Origin: Eubacteriales Family XIII. Incertae Sedis bacterium
GTDB lineage: Bacteria; Bacillota; Clostridia; Peptostreptococcales; Anaerovoracaceae
DNA length: 25,424 nucleotides
Direction: 5' to 3'
Assembly (NCBI GenBank): GCA_031283865.1
Contig: JAITAX010000109.1
Span: 1-25,424, forward strand
The notes beneath the pieces are model-generated. The model searched no databases. It had not been told where the DNA came from and saw nothing but the letters and a program-made list of their open reading frames with translations. Position 1 is the first letter of the stretch. Every line of letters starts with the position of its first letter. Shown here piece after piece: positions 8,421 through 17,673 of this stretch. The translations under genes were made by a program, and so were the position numbers.

Positions 8421-10439
8421 GTGAAAAAACGGTTTTGCACGGCAGCGCTCTGTGTCGCGCTCTGCGCTGCCCTGCTCCCGACCGCTTTCTTTCCCGCGCG
8501 GGCAGCCGCGGCCTCGGCGCCGAAGATCTTCGTTCTGGAGCAGGCGCAAAACCTCGGCGTGGCCGCCGACAACGCCATCCGCAAGAAGAACAGCGAAATC
8601 GTGCTGAAAGGCATCAAGTATACCGAGGCGGTTGCGGGCGCGCGCGCCAAGGCGAAGAACCTGTCCACCTTTCGCTGGACGCCGCTGCTCAAGTTCAAGT
8701 TCCCGGAGCCGTTTGACCTCACGCTGGATTACGACCTCACGGTGAAGCCGCTCACGCTCCAGATCGAGATTACCACGCTCAATCACGAAAAGGCCGATTT
8801 GGTCTATGAGGCCAAACGCAAGATTGCCAAGCTTTTTACAAGGGTTTACGTCGGGCAGGAAACCGTCTCTTTCGTCGAGGCCAAGCTTGCCGCCGCCGAA
8901 ACGGATTTGCGCCGCAACGAGGCGCGGCTGATTCTCGGCAAGGCCAAGAAAGCAGACGTGGATCGTCTCGCAAAATCCGTCGAAGCGCTGCGCGCGTCGC
9001 TGTCGCTCGCCATGCGCAGCTTTGAAACCGACAAGAAAGATCTTACCGATCTGATTAAGCTCGACGTTACGACGGGCTACGTGTTCATGAACCCGCTGAA
9101 GACGGCGAACATCACGCGCGAACAACTGGCGTCGCTGCTCGCTTTCACGCTGCAAAACGACCACATCTACTATGCCGCGCGCATGGACGAGTCCGTGGCG
9201 CGCATCAATCTGGACAGCTACGAAAACCTGTTCCGCAGGCAGTACGGCGGCAAGGTGAACGCGATTTCGCCCTACCTGAATCAGGCGCGCAACGGCAACG
9301 ACATCGACACGGGGTCTTTCAGGGCGGCTTACGACAGCATGACCGTGAACCTCGACAGCCCCTGGGCCGGAAAGAAGCGCATCCTGTTCTTCTCTTTCTC
9401 GCGCGAATGGTTCAAGGGCGCCGTGGACGGCACGCGCTACATCGAGGACGAGATCTACGCGCTCTACACCGCCGCGCTCGACTATCTCTCGGCGCGCAAG
9501 GACAGGGAAACGGCGGAGCGGGATCTTCGCAAGGAGGTCGCATCCTCCTATGAGGCGCTCGTGACGGCGAAGAACGCCGCAGACGCGCTCATCGCTTCCG
9601 TGGCGGAAGCGAAGACGGCGCTGAACCGTCTGGTGGAGTTGAACAAGCTCGGCAAGGCGGATTTCACGGAGGTCGCGGACAAACAGGCGGATTATCAGGA
9701 TTTGCAGACGGAGGCGGTCGAAGCGCTTGCGGCGTACAACGAACTGCTCTTCGATTTTGACAGGCTGACCTGCGGCGCCGTTTCGAAGCTCCTCGTCGGG
9801 GCGGGGCTGGAAACCGACGCGGGCATGAGCGGGATCAGCCGCGCGGACAAAGCCACCTATCACATCTACGCGGACGTGGCCGACAAGGTGTTCGCCTTTG
9901 GGGTGCAGATCCCGGAGGACTACGAACCCGAAATTGACGCTTTCGAGATTTGGTACGACGGCGTGCGAATCGGCGAGCGCACGCCTGTCGAGAAAGAACT
10001 GCGGCATCTCACGCTCGATTACGGCGCGGACAACCGCTTGACGGTCAGACTGTACAATGGGGATGAATACGTCGACGAATGCGAGATCGACACCACGACG
10101 CCGAGCGACGTGCTGGAGCTGCACGGCGCCGTGGCTGAAAGCGCGCAGGACCGGGTTGTGGGCAGCTACGCGGTCGACATCAGCAGGGCGACCGGCACGG
10201 TTGCGATTACGCTTGCGATGAACGAGCGGGAGTCGGCCGCGTTTTACCGGCTGTCCGCGGACGGCGGGGCGCTGCTGAAAGATGACCTCATTCCGATCTC
10301 TCAGCCGTTTAAGTACCTGTCGCTTTTGTCGCTCGGCATCACCGATGTGCGCGCGGAGCTGTTTGACAGCGCGCGCAGGCCGCTCTACACGGCGCGATTC
10401 GAACCGAGCACGATGAGCCTGTGCGTCCCCGAGCAGTAG
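8421..10439 (+). CDS. secreted TolC/outer-membrane-efflux-like alpha-helical protein with C-terminal beta-rich domains (672 aa)
   Basis: GTG 8421 after a purine-rich SD. Sec signal peptide MKKRFCTAALCVALCAALLPTAFFPARA. Two OEP-like helical repeats (KIAKLFTRVY...DLRRNEARLILGKAKKADV; EVASSYEALVTAK...LNKLGKADFTEVADKQADY...YNELLFDFDRLTCG). Confidence 0.7.
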   Translation: MKKRFCTAALCVALCAALLPTAFFPARAAAASAPKIFVLEQAQNLGVAADNAIRKKNSEIVLKGIKYTEAVAGARAKAKNLSTFRWTPLLKFKFPEPFDLTLDYDLTVKPLTLQIEITTLNHEKADLVYEAKRKIAKLFTRVYVGQETVSFVEAKLAAAETDLRRNEARLILGKAKKADVDRLAKSVEALRASLSLAMRSFETDKKDLTDLIKLDVTTGYVFMNPLKTANITREQLASLLAFTLQNDHIYYAARMDESVARINLDSYENLFRRQYGGKVNAISPYLNQARNGNDIDTGSFRAAYDSMTVNLDSPWAGKKRILFFSFSREWFKGAVDGTRYIEDEIYALYTAALDYLSARKDRETAERDLRKEVASSYEALVTAKNAADALIASVAEAKTALNRLVELNKLGKADFTEVADKQADYQDLQTEAVEALAAYNELLFDFDRLTCGAVSKLLVGAGLETDAGMSGISRADKATYHIYADVADKVFAFGVQIPEDYEPEIDAFEIWYDGVRIGERTPVEKELRHLTLDYGADNRLTVRLYNGDEYVDECEIDTTTPSDVLELHGAVAESAQDRVVGSYAVDISRATGTVAITLAMNERESAAFYRLSADGGALLKDDLIPISQPFKYLSLLSLGITDVRAELFDSARRPLYTARFEPSTMSLCVPEQ

Positions 10440-10459
10440 ACGCGCGAAAGGAGAGGACA

Positions 10460-13114
10460 GTGTCGAAATCTGTCAGAACAGCAATCATAGCGATTCCGCT
10501 CGTCTTGGGCCTGACGGCAATGGGTGTCCTGCTGTCGAGCGCCGTCTGGGACGAGAGCACGGCTGTGCATATAGACCCGAGCGGCATAGAAAATTCAACG
10601 CTGATCGTCGGCACGCATCTGATTCACCTCAGCGCGATGACGGATACGCTCTACAGCACGGCGCAGAACTCCGCCGACGCGTCGGGTCAGGGCAACATCT
10701 ACTACAAGAGCGAGCTTGCGAACGGCGTGTGGTTCGACATCACGTCGGCGCGGACCCTCGAAGAGATCACGAACGACGGGATGCCCGTCTCGAACGACGT
10801 GATTGCCGCGCTTTTCCTCACGCACCACACGCGGTCCGACGGGATCACCTACGATCTGCGCACGAACAGGCCCGTCAGCATATTTGATCTGTATTCGCCC
10901 TACGATCTGGAATCCATGGAGGAGCTGTTTCCGCTGAAAACGCAGTACGACACGATGCGCGAGCTGCAGGCGGGGAGCGAAGCGGGCGATAGGTATATTG
11001 AGATGGTCGCCGCTTTCTTCCGGACCGACACGCGCACGGCTTCCTCGAACGCCACAGACGTTTCCCTCGGCGCGCTGCAATCCTATTACAACGTGCTCGC
11101 GGCGAACGACGGCGCCGCCGCCGAGATGGAGACCGTACTCGGCGTGATGGACGCCCTCGACGCGAAGCGGCGCGCGGAGGTCTTCGATATCGTGTCCGCA
11201 GCCTTAGAATCCCTCGCGGCGGCGCTGCAAACGGTCGTCGACATCCCCCCGGACGAGGACGATGAGAACGACGAGGGTACGCCGGGCAGCAGCGCGGACG
11301 CCAACCTGCAAGGGGCCGTCGGCGACAGCCTTGCTAACGTGACGGCTTCGGCTGACGCGTACAGGGCGAAGATGCTCGACAAGGGCGTGACCGTGCTGTC
11401 GGAAGCGCGCTATAACGCGTGCCTCAAGCTGATCGGCGACGCCGAAGCGAACAACCACGCCGCCTGCGACGGCGACGTCGCGGACATCCTCGGCTTCGAC
11501 AACATACGGGACGGCAATGTCGTCAACAGGACCGGGGAGCACGCCCTGCTCGACAGCCGGCTGCTGCCGGCGGCGACGCAGAAATACACGGGCGGGCTGT
11601 TCGCCGGCGACAACGCGGAGTACAAGGCCGCAGAGGCGCAGAACGCGGCTTCCGCGCTCAAGAACGGCATCATAAAGAAAGCGCGCAATCAGTTGACGAT
11701 ATACCGCAGCGAGCTGGAGTCCTTTCTCAACGCCGCCGTTCTCCGGCTCGACGGAGAGGCCGGCCTCGCTTTCCTCGACGGCCGGCTCGCGGAAGCGGAG
11801 GGCTATACGCTGGGCGTACCCCGCGACGCTTTCTCCTCCGCCGCGGATGAGTCGATCGAAGCGCACATCGACTTTTTGACGCGGCTCCGGCGCAGCGTCG
11901 AGCTGGGGCTCGGCGGCAATGCGACGGACAAGCTGCTGGCCGAGAAGAGCGGCTTGCAGACGGAACTCTTGTCCGCGCTGGACAGCAACGATTTGGCTGC
12001 CGCAAAGGCGATCCGCGACGAGATTGCGGCGCTCGACGCGCAGCTCGCGGATATGCCGGCCGGCAGCGGCACAGCCGCCGCAGAGGCGGCGCAGGATTTG
12101 ACATCGTCCATAAAGCAGAGCATGGAGTCGGGGGACGGTTCGAGCGATATCGCGGCAAACGTCAACGCGCTGGGCGGGCTTTTGTCCTCGAACTACGCCG
12201 CCGTATTCCCGATGCTGGAGGAGCTGCACGCCGGCATGGCCGAAAAGCGCGGTCTTGACGGCGATACCTCTTACGACGACGCGATCAGCGCAATCGAAAC
12301 GCTGATGCTGGACAACCGGGACGCGTACAATCGCGCAACGGCCGCGGGTCTGTCCTCGGATGAGGCCCTGTCCGTCGCCGACGCGTATTTCAGCGGCGAC
12401 AACGCGGGCGCGCTGCTCTTCGACGAAGGCTTGCTCGGCGGCGCGGCGGGTCTCGGCGGCGGCGCAGCGGGTCTCGGCGGCGGCACGACCGGCGCGGGGA
12501 TTTCGGGCGGCGCGGGCGGATTGGGCAGACCCGGCGGCGCGACCGGCGCGACCGGCGCGAACCTCGCGGGGAACGTCACGGGCGGCACGGGCCGCGCGGA
12601 CGTTGCGAGCCTGAACGACGACGAAAAGAACGCCGTGTTGATTCTGGCGCTCAACGAATACGCGGCGAATCTGGGCGACGAATCGCTGAACGGACTTATG
12701 CGGGCTAAGGCGAATGAGATGTTTGCCGCAGACAGTCCCCTGCTCTTCGGTACGCTGCGGGATTCCGTTTCGCTGTATATGCCCGCGCGCGCCGTGGCGG
12801 AGTACGCGAAGCTGCGCTACGTGTGGAACGAGAATCTGAACGGCGGCGCGCTGGCGCGCGGCGGAAGCTATCGCTTCTACACGGTGTATTCCGCCGAAAT
12901 CGTAACGGGCAAGGCCGCGGTCGATGCGGAGTATATGACTTATCCCGCGGCATACGACGGGGAGATGTATCTGCCTACCGACCACACCTATGACGCTTTC
13001 GGGCTTTGGTGCGAAACCATCCCGGGGACGGCGTTTTCGATGCTGGTCTCCGAGAAGATCAGCAACTGCGTTGCGGAGCTGTTGAGCCGTCTGCTCGGCG
13101 CCGCCGCAGCCTGA
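10460..13114 (+). CDS. large exported/surface protein (884 aa): helical body, UVR-like coiled-coil, Gly-rich linker, C-terminal copper-amine-oxidase-N (stalk)-like domain
   Basis: AGGAGAGG SD and GTG 10460. N-terminal signal/TM. KLLAEKSGLQTELLSALDSNDLAAAKAIRDEIAALDAQL is UVR-like. LYMPARAVAEYAKLRYVWNE...YDGEMYLP matches the YVPLRxxAExLGxxVxW...GRTYVP pattern. Confidence 0.6.
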   Translation: MSKSVRTAIIAIPLVLGLTAMGVLLSSAVWDESTAVHIDPSGIENSTLIVGTHLIHLSAMTDTLYSTAQNSADASGQGNIYYKSELANGVWFDITSARTLEEITNDGMPVSNDVIAALFLTHHTRSDGITYDLRTNRPVSIFDLYSPYDLESMEELFPLKTQYDTMRELQAGSEAGDRYIEMVAAFFRTDTRTASSNATDVSLGALQSYYNVLAANDGAAAEMETVLGVMDALDAKRRAEVFDIVSAALESLAAALQTVVDIPPDEDDENDEGTPGSSADANLQGAVGDSLANVTASADAYRAKMLDKGVTVLSEARYNACLKLIGDAEANNHAACDGDVADILGFDNIRDGNVVNRTGEHALLDSRLLPAATQKYTGGLFAGDNAEYKAAEAQNAASALKNGIIKKARNQLTIYRSELESFLNAAVLRLDGEAGLAFLDGRLAEAEGYTLGVPRDAFSSAADESIEAHIDFLTRLRRSVELGLGGNATDKLLAEKSGLQTELLSALDSNDLAAAKAIRDEIAALDAQLADMPAGSGTAAAEAAQDLTSSIKQSMESGDGSSDIAANVNALGGLLSSNYAAVFPMLEELHAGMAEKRGLDGDTSYDDAISAIETLMLDNRDAYNRATAAGLSSDEALSVADAYFSGDNAGALLFDEGLLGGAAGLGGGAAGLGGGTTGAGISGGAGGLGRPGGATGATGANLAGNVTGGTGRADVASLNDDEKNAVLILALNEYAANLGDESLNGLMRAKANEMFAADSPLLFGTLRDSVSLYMPARAVAEYAKLRYVWNENLNGGALARGGSYRFYTVYSAEIVTGKAAVDAEYMTYPAAYDGEMYLPTDHTYDAFGLWCETIPGTAFSMLVSEKISNCVAELLSRLLGAAAA
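12437..12562 (+). repeat. intragenic Gly-rich repeats (21-bp GGAAGLG units; GAT-GAT collagen-like triplets)
   Basis: GGCGGCGCGGCGGGTCTCGGC (12437) and GGCGGCGCAGCGGGTCTCGGC (12458), a partial third copy, then ACCGGCGCG x2. Confidence 0.75.
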
Positions 13115-13145
13115 CGGGCAAAGCCGACAGATAAAGGAGAGAATT

Positions 13146-13733
13146 TTGGCCGATTATCCCATTATTTCTGATATCAGCGCGCACATCGTGCGAATGCTCC
13201 GCGAGAAGATGTGCCCGGAGCCGATTCCGTCACCGAACAACATCGAGGTGTCGTCGCCCGCGGAGCAGGACGTCGATTACATCCTCGGGCTCTACCTGTA
13301 CGATCTCCGCGAGGAGGGCGAAATCGCCTCGACCTCCATCAGGGTGGGGAGAACGCGCCTGAAAAGGCCGCCCAAACCCTACAGCCTGTACTACATGCTC
13401 TTCATCAACGGGTCGTCGCAGATGGGGCTAAAGGCGCACGACGTACAGAAGATCATCGGGCGGGCGGCCCAAATCGTGAACGACGGAAACGCGATTTTTC
13501 CGAATCGGCTGCAAACCTGGTTGGAGGCCGAAGAAGCCCCCGTCATTCTGTCGCCCGCGAAGATCAGCCTGGAGGAGAAAGTGCGCGTATGGTCGGCCAT
13601 AAACAAACCCTATCAGGTCAGCCTGTTCTACAAGGCGGCGCCGGTGTTTCTCTCCAGCGAAATCGTTGTGGAAGAAACGCTCGTCCGGGAAGCGCAGTTC
13701 AAAATCGTCGCCGCCGGCGAAGAGGACGCGTGA
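13146..13733 (+). CDS. Pvc16/DUF4255-family tail terminator (cap) protein
   Basis: TTG start after AAAGGAGA. Motifs ISDISAHIVRMLRE, LGLYLYDLRE, LYYMLF, KVRVWSAINKPYQVSLFYKAAPVFL are typical of Pvc16-N/DUF4255. Confidence 0.8.
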   Translation: MADYPIISDISAHIVRMLREKMCPEPIPSPNNIEVSSPAEQDVDYILGLYLYDLREEGEIASTSIRVGRTRLKRPPKPYSLYYMLFINGSSQMGLKAHDVQKIIGRAAQIVNDGNAIFPNRLQTWLEAEEAPVILSPAKISLEEKVRVWSAINKPYQVSLFYKAAPVFLSSEIVVEETLVREAQFKIVAAGEEDA

Positions 13734-13786
13734 CGCGCGCAAGACCCGTTTCATCGGTATTTGCCGGAAAGGAGCAGTGAGCAATC

Positions 13787-14566
13787 ATGTCTTCTGTAAT
13801 TACGCACAAACTCGCTTTGGCGCTCAAGCTTTCGGATGCGATTGACGGCCGGAATATAAAAGCAGATCTCCGCTTCTTCGTCGGCGGAAAGGCGTCCTTG
13901 CCCAAACCCAGGCCCGGCGGGTATTTCATCTTCATGGAGGACGCCCTGCCCGAAACGCATTTTGACTTGGAGGTTCGCGCGTCCGGCTACGTGCCGACGA
14001 AGAAGCGCGTGCTGCTCGAAGCGCCGGGCATCGGTCCGCCGCTGCTGCGCATCGAGATGATCCCACAGGAAAATCCGATTGGGAACACGGCCTACAAAAC
14101 GCTCTCCGGGACGCGAAAAGGGCTTGCGGCAATCGACGCGGCAAGGCCGGAAAAAAATTCGTGCTTCGCAAGGACTTTCGACGCGAGAAAGAGGCTGCTC
14201 ACCGTGTACAATCCGTATCGGATCGAATTTGACAGGGCGCGCTACGCCCTCATCGCCCCGGACGGACTGTCCTACGAAAGCTTTGCCGTCGAATCGCGCG
14301 TTTCAGACGAAGCGTTCACGATAGATCATCCGTTTGTTTCAACTGTTTCCGCGGATCTCCCGATTGTCCCCGTCGTCGCCGGCTGTGTCGACGCGGCCGG
14401 CGCCTACCTGCTGCGCGTGCCGGATGACGGCGCCGGCAAAGGCTGGATCGTGCGCTTCACGGAGGAGACAGGGGAGCGTTTCGAACCCGTGGATTTCGAC
14501 GGGCCGAAAATCGCACAGCTCGCCGAGGCGCCGCGCAAGGCGAGCGAAAAAGGAAAGAAGAACTAA
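13787..14566 (+). CDS. hypothetical protein with carboxypeptidase-regulatory/prealbumin-like beta-sandwich, CIS cap-associated
   Basis: AAAGGAG SD. GYFIF...LEVRASGYVPTKKRV pattern. Located directly after the Pvc16-like gene. Confidence 0.55.
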   Translation: MSSVITHKLALALKLSDAIDGRNIKADLRFFVGGKASLPKPRPGGYFIFMEDALPETHFDLEVRASGYVPTKKRVLLEAPGIGPPLLRIEMIPQENPIGNTAYKTLSGTRKGLAAIDAARPEKNSCFARTFDARKRLLTVYNPYRIEFDRARYALIAPDGLSYESFAVESRVSDEAFTIDHPFVSTVSADLPIVPVVAGCVDAAGAYLLRVPDDGAGKGWIVRFTEETGERFEPVDFDGPKIAQLAEAPRKASEKGKKN

Positions 14567-14577
14567 AGGAGGGAAAC

Positions 14578-14961
14578 ATGGCAATCGCCGTTGTCTCGGG
14601 CGCGACCTACCTGTGCAGCTTCGGAACGTCGCCCGGAACCCTGAACGCCACGTCGCAGGCAGCCGTCATGATCTCCGGAATACCGGCGGCCACGGTCATG
14701 GATGTGGCGCCGATGTCCGCGATTTCCCCCTGCGGCATGTGTACGACCGTATCAAACCCAACGGTCGCCGCCGCGACGGCGGCAGCCTTGGGCGTCCTAA
14801 CTCCGCAGCCCTGCATCCCCGCTCCCGTGGGTACGTGGCTCGGAGGGAAAAGTCCCATGATCTCAGGCAAACCCGGATTGGCGAACGACGCCAAGCTGCT
14901 GTGCGCTTACGGCGGTTCGCTCGGCATCGTTTCACCCGGACAAACAAAGGTCATCTTTTAG
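14578..14961 (+). CDS. DUF4280 PAAR-like spike-tip protein
   Basis: GGAGG SD. VVSGATYLCSFG, PCGMC, PQPCIP, W..G, LLCAYGG.L.I..PGQ are hallmark DUF4280 motifs with conserved Cys residues. Confidence 0.9.
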   Translation: MAIAVVSGATYLCSFGTSPGTLNATSQAAVMISGIPAATVMDVAPMSAISPCGMCTTVSNPTVAAATAAALGVLTPQPCIPAPVGTWLGGKSPMISGKPGLANDAKLLCAYGGSLGIVSPGQTKVIF

Positions 14962-15015
14962 CTAAAGCATGAAAGGAGGATGGTTTAAAGCCGACAGGCA
15001 ATAAACCGGAAAATT

Positions 15016-16719
15016 ATGGCAGAGTATCTTTCTCCCGGCGTATATGTGGAAGAGTATGATTCCTCTCCGCGCGCCATTGAGGGCGTCGGCACCAGTACAG
15101 CGGGCTTCATCGGCATGACGGTCAAGGGACCCGCGGTGGGCGCGCCCTCGCTGGTAACAAACTACGCCGATTTCACGAGGCAGTACGGCGGCTTCCTGCC
15201 CGAGCATACGCACGGCGAGTTCCGCTATCTTCCGAACGCGGTGGAGCAATTCTTTGTGAACGGCGGAACGCGCTGCTACATCAGCCGCGTGATTCCCGAG
15301 GACGCGAAAGTGGCGACGGCCTCACAGGGCATCCTGTCCCTGCGCGCAGCCAATGAGGGCAAGTGGGGCAACAAGCTCACGATCAGCTTCATTTCCACGA
15401 ACAAGCGCAAGCTGCAATTGATCGCTTCGGAGAGCGAGCTTGTCTATACGGCCAAGTCCGTCGCGAGTTTCCGCGAGGGTGACGTCGTCGAATTTGCGGG
15501 GGAGATCAACCGCATCGCCGCGATCTCGGAGAACACGATCACCTTTGAGAAGCCCTTTGCGACAAGCCCCGTGGACGCCGCGCTGATTCCGAAAACGCTG
15601 GTTTACTCCGTCGAAATGGATGTCGTGATCCGCGCGGGATCCGAGGTGGAGAACTACGCGGACGTGACGCTCAACGAGCTTTCATCCAACTATCTCGGCA
15701 AAAGGCTGATCGCCAGTTCCTTGGTCTCGGCCACGCTGAACCCGCCCGCAGATTCCCTCGTGAACCCCGTGTCCGCGATCTTCGGCGACGGCAAGCTGAA
15801 AGGCACGATCTCCTTTGAGGGCGGCAGCGACGGTTCCATCGACGCCGTCAACGCCGGAACGTTCATCGGCACGGACAACGGCCCCGGACAGCGGACGGGC
15901 TTGCAGGCTTTTGTGGAAAACAACGTCGTCAGTCTGCTGCTCGCGCCCGGCATCACGATTCCGGAGGTGATCGCGTCCCTCGCGGCCTACTGCGAACGCG
16001 AGAAGAACTGCTTTGCCATCCTCGACATTCCGCAGGAGCTGACAAAGACGGGCGAGATCATAGAGTACCGCAATCTGATCGACAGCACCTATGCCGCTTT
16101 CTATCACCCGTGGATACAGGTGTTCGACCGCGAGACCAAGAAGCCGGGCTTTCTGCCGCCGAGCGGCGCCGTGGCGGGCGTGTTTTCGAGGACGGACGTG
16201 AGCCGCGGCGTGCATAAGGCGCCGGCCAACGAGGTCGTCAGTTGCACGGGGCTTTCGATCAGCTACACGGTGGGCGAACAGGACATCCTGAACCCGGCCG
16301 GCGTGAATCTGATCCGCGCGCTGCCCGGCCAGGGCATCCGCATCTGGGGCGCGCGCACCGCAAGTTCCAACGCGGCTTTCAAATACGTCAACGTCAGGCG
16401 TCTCTTCATCTTCGTGGAGCAGAGCATCAAGGCCGCGACGAACTGGGTGGTGTTCGAGCCGAACAATTCTTCGCTGTGGGCGCGCGTACAAATCACGATT
16501 GCGTCCTTCCTCGAAACGCTCTTCCGTTCGGGCATGTTGGCCGGCGAAACCGCGGAAGAAGCTTTCTTCGTGGAAATCGGTTCGACGACGATGAGCCGCG
16601 ACGACATCCTGAACGGTCGTCTGATCTGCAACATCGGGATTGCGCCGTCGCGTCCGGCTGAGTTTGTGATCTTCAGGCTGACGCAGTTCACAGCCGAGGC
16701 GGGCGCCGAGACCGAATAG
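15016..16719 (+). CDS. phage tail sheath family protein
   Basis: MAEYLSPGVYVEE N-terminus; FFVNGGTRCYISRV; YAAFYHPWIQV; PPSGAVAGVFSRTDVSRGVHKAPAN; LNPAGVNLIR; RIWGART; YVNVRRLF; PAEFVIFRLTQ. Confidence 0.96.
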   Translation: MAEYLSPGVYVEEYDSSPRAIEGVGTSTAGFIGMTVKGPAVGAPSLVTNYADFTRQYGGFLPEHTHGEFRYLPNAVEQFFVNGGTRCYISRVIPEDAKVATASQGILSLRAANEGKWGNKLTISFISTNKRKLQLIASESELVYTAKSVASFREGDVVEFAGEINRIAAISENTITFEKPFATSPVDAALIPKTLVYSVEMDVVIRAGSEVENYADVTLNELSSNYLGKRLIASSLVSATLNPPADSLVNPVSAIFGDGKLKGTISFEGGSDGSIDAVNAGTFIGTDNGPGQRTGLQAFVENNVVSLLLAPGITIPEVIASLAAYCEREKNCFAILDIPQELTKTGEIIEYRNLIDSTYAAFYHPWIQVFDRETKKPGFLPPSGAVAGVFSRTDVSRGVHKAPANEVVSCTGLSISYTVGEQDILNPAGVNLIRALPGQGIRIWGARTASSNAAFKYVNVRRLFIFVEQSIKAATNWVVFEPNNSSLWARVQITIASFLETLFRSGMLAGETAEEAFFVEIGSTTMSRDDILNGRLICNIGIAPSRPAEFVIFRLTQFTAEAGAETE

Positions 16720-16797
16720 ACACATGCGCACCAAAACGAAAGCGAGCATTTGATATTTTATTAAAATTGTAAAAATCTAAACACTGGAGGCAATATC

Positions 16798-17298
16798 ATG
16801 GCAACGGAAGCAGAAAATACGGCCGGATTGTATTATCCATTGACAAAAATGAACTTCCTCGTTACGGTGGATGACGTCAGCGGCGTCGCCGCTTTCAACG
16901 AGGTGACGGGCATCGATGCGTCGGTTGACGTCATCGAATTTAGGCAGGGGAACGCGAACAGCTTGGCCCCCGTCAAGATTCAGGGACTCGTCAAGCACGG
17001 AAACATCACGCTGAAGATGGGCTACACGCGCAGTCAGGATTTCAAGATCTGGATTCAGAACTGCGTGAGCGAGCGGCGCGGCGCAACGCCGCGCAAAAAT
17101 GTGACGATTGAACTCATCGACATCAGCGGCGGCTCCCCGCAGAGCACCGTCACGGCGACGGTCGACTCAACGCTGACGTGGATGCTCAAGGACGCGTGGG
17201 TTACGAAGTACACGGGTCCCGACCTCAACTCATCCACGAGCGAAGTCGCGATCGAATCCGTGGAGATCGCCTACGAAGAGCTTACGATTCCGAATTAA
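16798..17298 (+). CDS. T4 gp19-like tail tube protein
   Basis: GGAGG SD. YPLTKMNFLVTVD, FNEVTGID, IEFRQG, GNITLKMG, W...AWVTKYTGPDLNS..SEVAIESVEIAYE. Confidence 0.93.
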   Translation: MATEAENTAGLYYPLTKMNFLVTVDDVSGVAAFNEVTGIDASVDVIEFRQGNANSLAPVKIQGLVKHGNITLKMGYTRSQDFKIWIQNCVSERRGATPRKNVTIELIDISGGSPQSTVTATVDSTLTWMLKDAWVTKYTGPDLNSSTSEVAIESVEIAYEELTIPN

Positions 17299-17310
17299 TA
17301 GGGGTTCGCA

Positions 17311-17673
17311 ATGACAACGGTTTACGATTTTGAACTGCCTAAGGGCTATGTGGATTCACAGGGGACGGTGCATCGCAAGGGAAAGATGCGCCTCGCGACG
17401 GCGGGCGATGAGATCGGTGCCACGCGCGACCCGCGCGTACTGTCCAATCCCTCTTACCTGACCATCGCGGTGCTGTCCAAGGTGATCACGGAGATCGAGG
17501 GCATGGAAAGCGTGGCGCCGAACATCCTCGAGCGGTTCTTTACGGCGGACCTGGCTTTTCTGCAGGATATGTACCAGCGCATCAACAACATCGAGCCGCC
17601 GACCATGACGGTCGTGTGCGAGGGTTGCGGGAATACCATGCAGGTCCCCATAAATTTTACGCGCGAGGGATAA
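17311..17673 (+). CDS. phage tail assembly chaperone-like protein
   Basis: YDFELPKGYVD..G..HRKGKMRLATAGDEI, ERFFTADLAFLQDMYQRIN, CxxC (CEGC). Immediately downstream of the tube gene. Confidence 0.8.
   Translation: MTTVYDFELPKGYVDSQGTVHRKGKMRLATAGDEIGATRDPRVLSNPSYLTIAVLSKVITEIEGMESVAPNILERFFTADLAFLQDMYQRINNIEPPTMTVVCEGCGNTMQVPINFTREG
17652..17658 (+). promoter_or_regulatory. candidate -1 programmed ribosomal frameshift heptamer A_AAT_TTT
   Basis: X_XXY_YYZ pattern in the correct phase (ATA AAT TTT), four codons before the chaperone stop codon. A -1 slip enters the DUF6760-like frame. Confidence 0.55.

Noticed and set aside
10461-10467. Spo0A box TGTCGAA
   Set aside because: A single 7-mer overlapping a start codon within the operon, which is expected by chance in 25 kb.
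14968-15003. Strong SD (AAAGGAGG) and tiny ORFs (MKGGWFKADRQ; MV) before the sheath gene
   Set aside because: The SD abuts the ATG with no spacing, and there is no evidence of a functional leader peptide. Likely a relic or chance.
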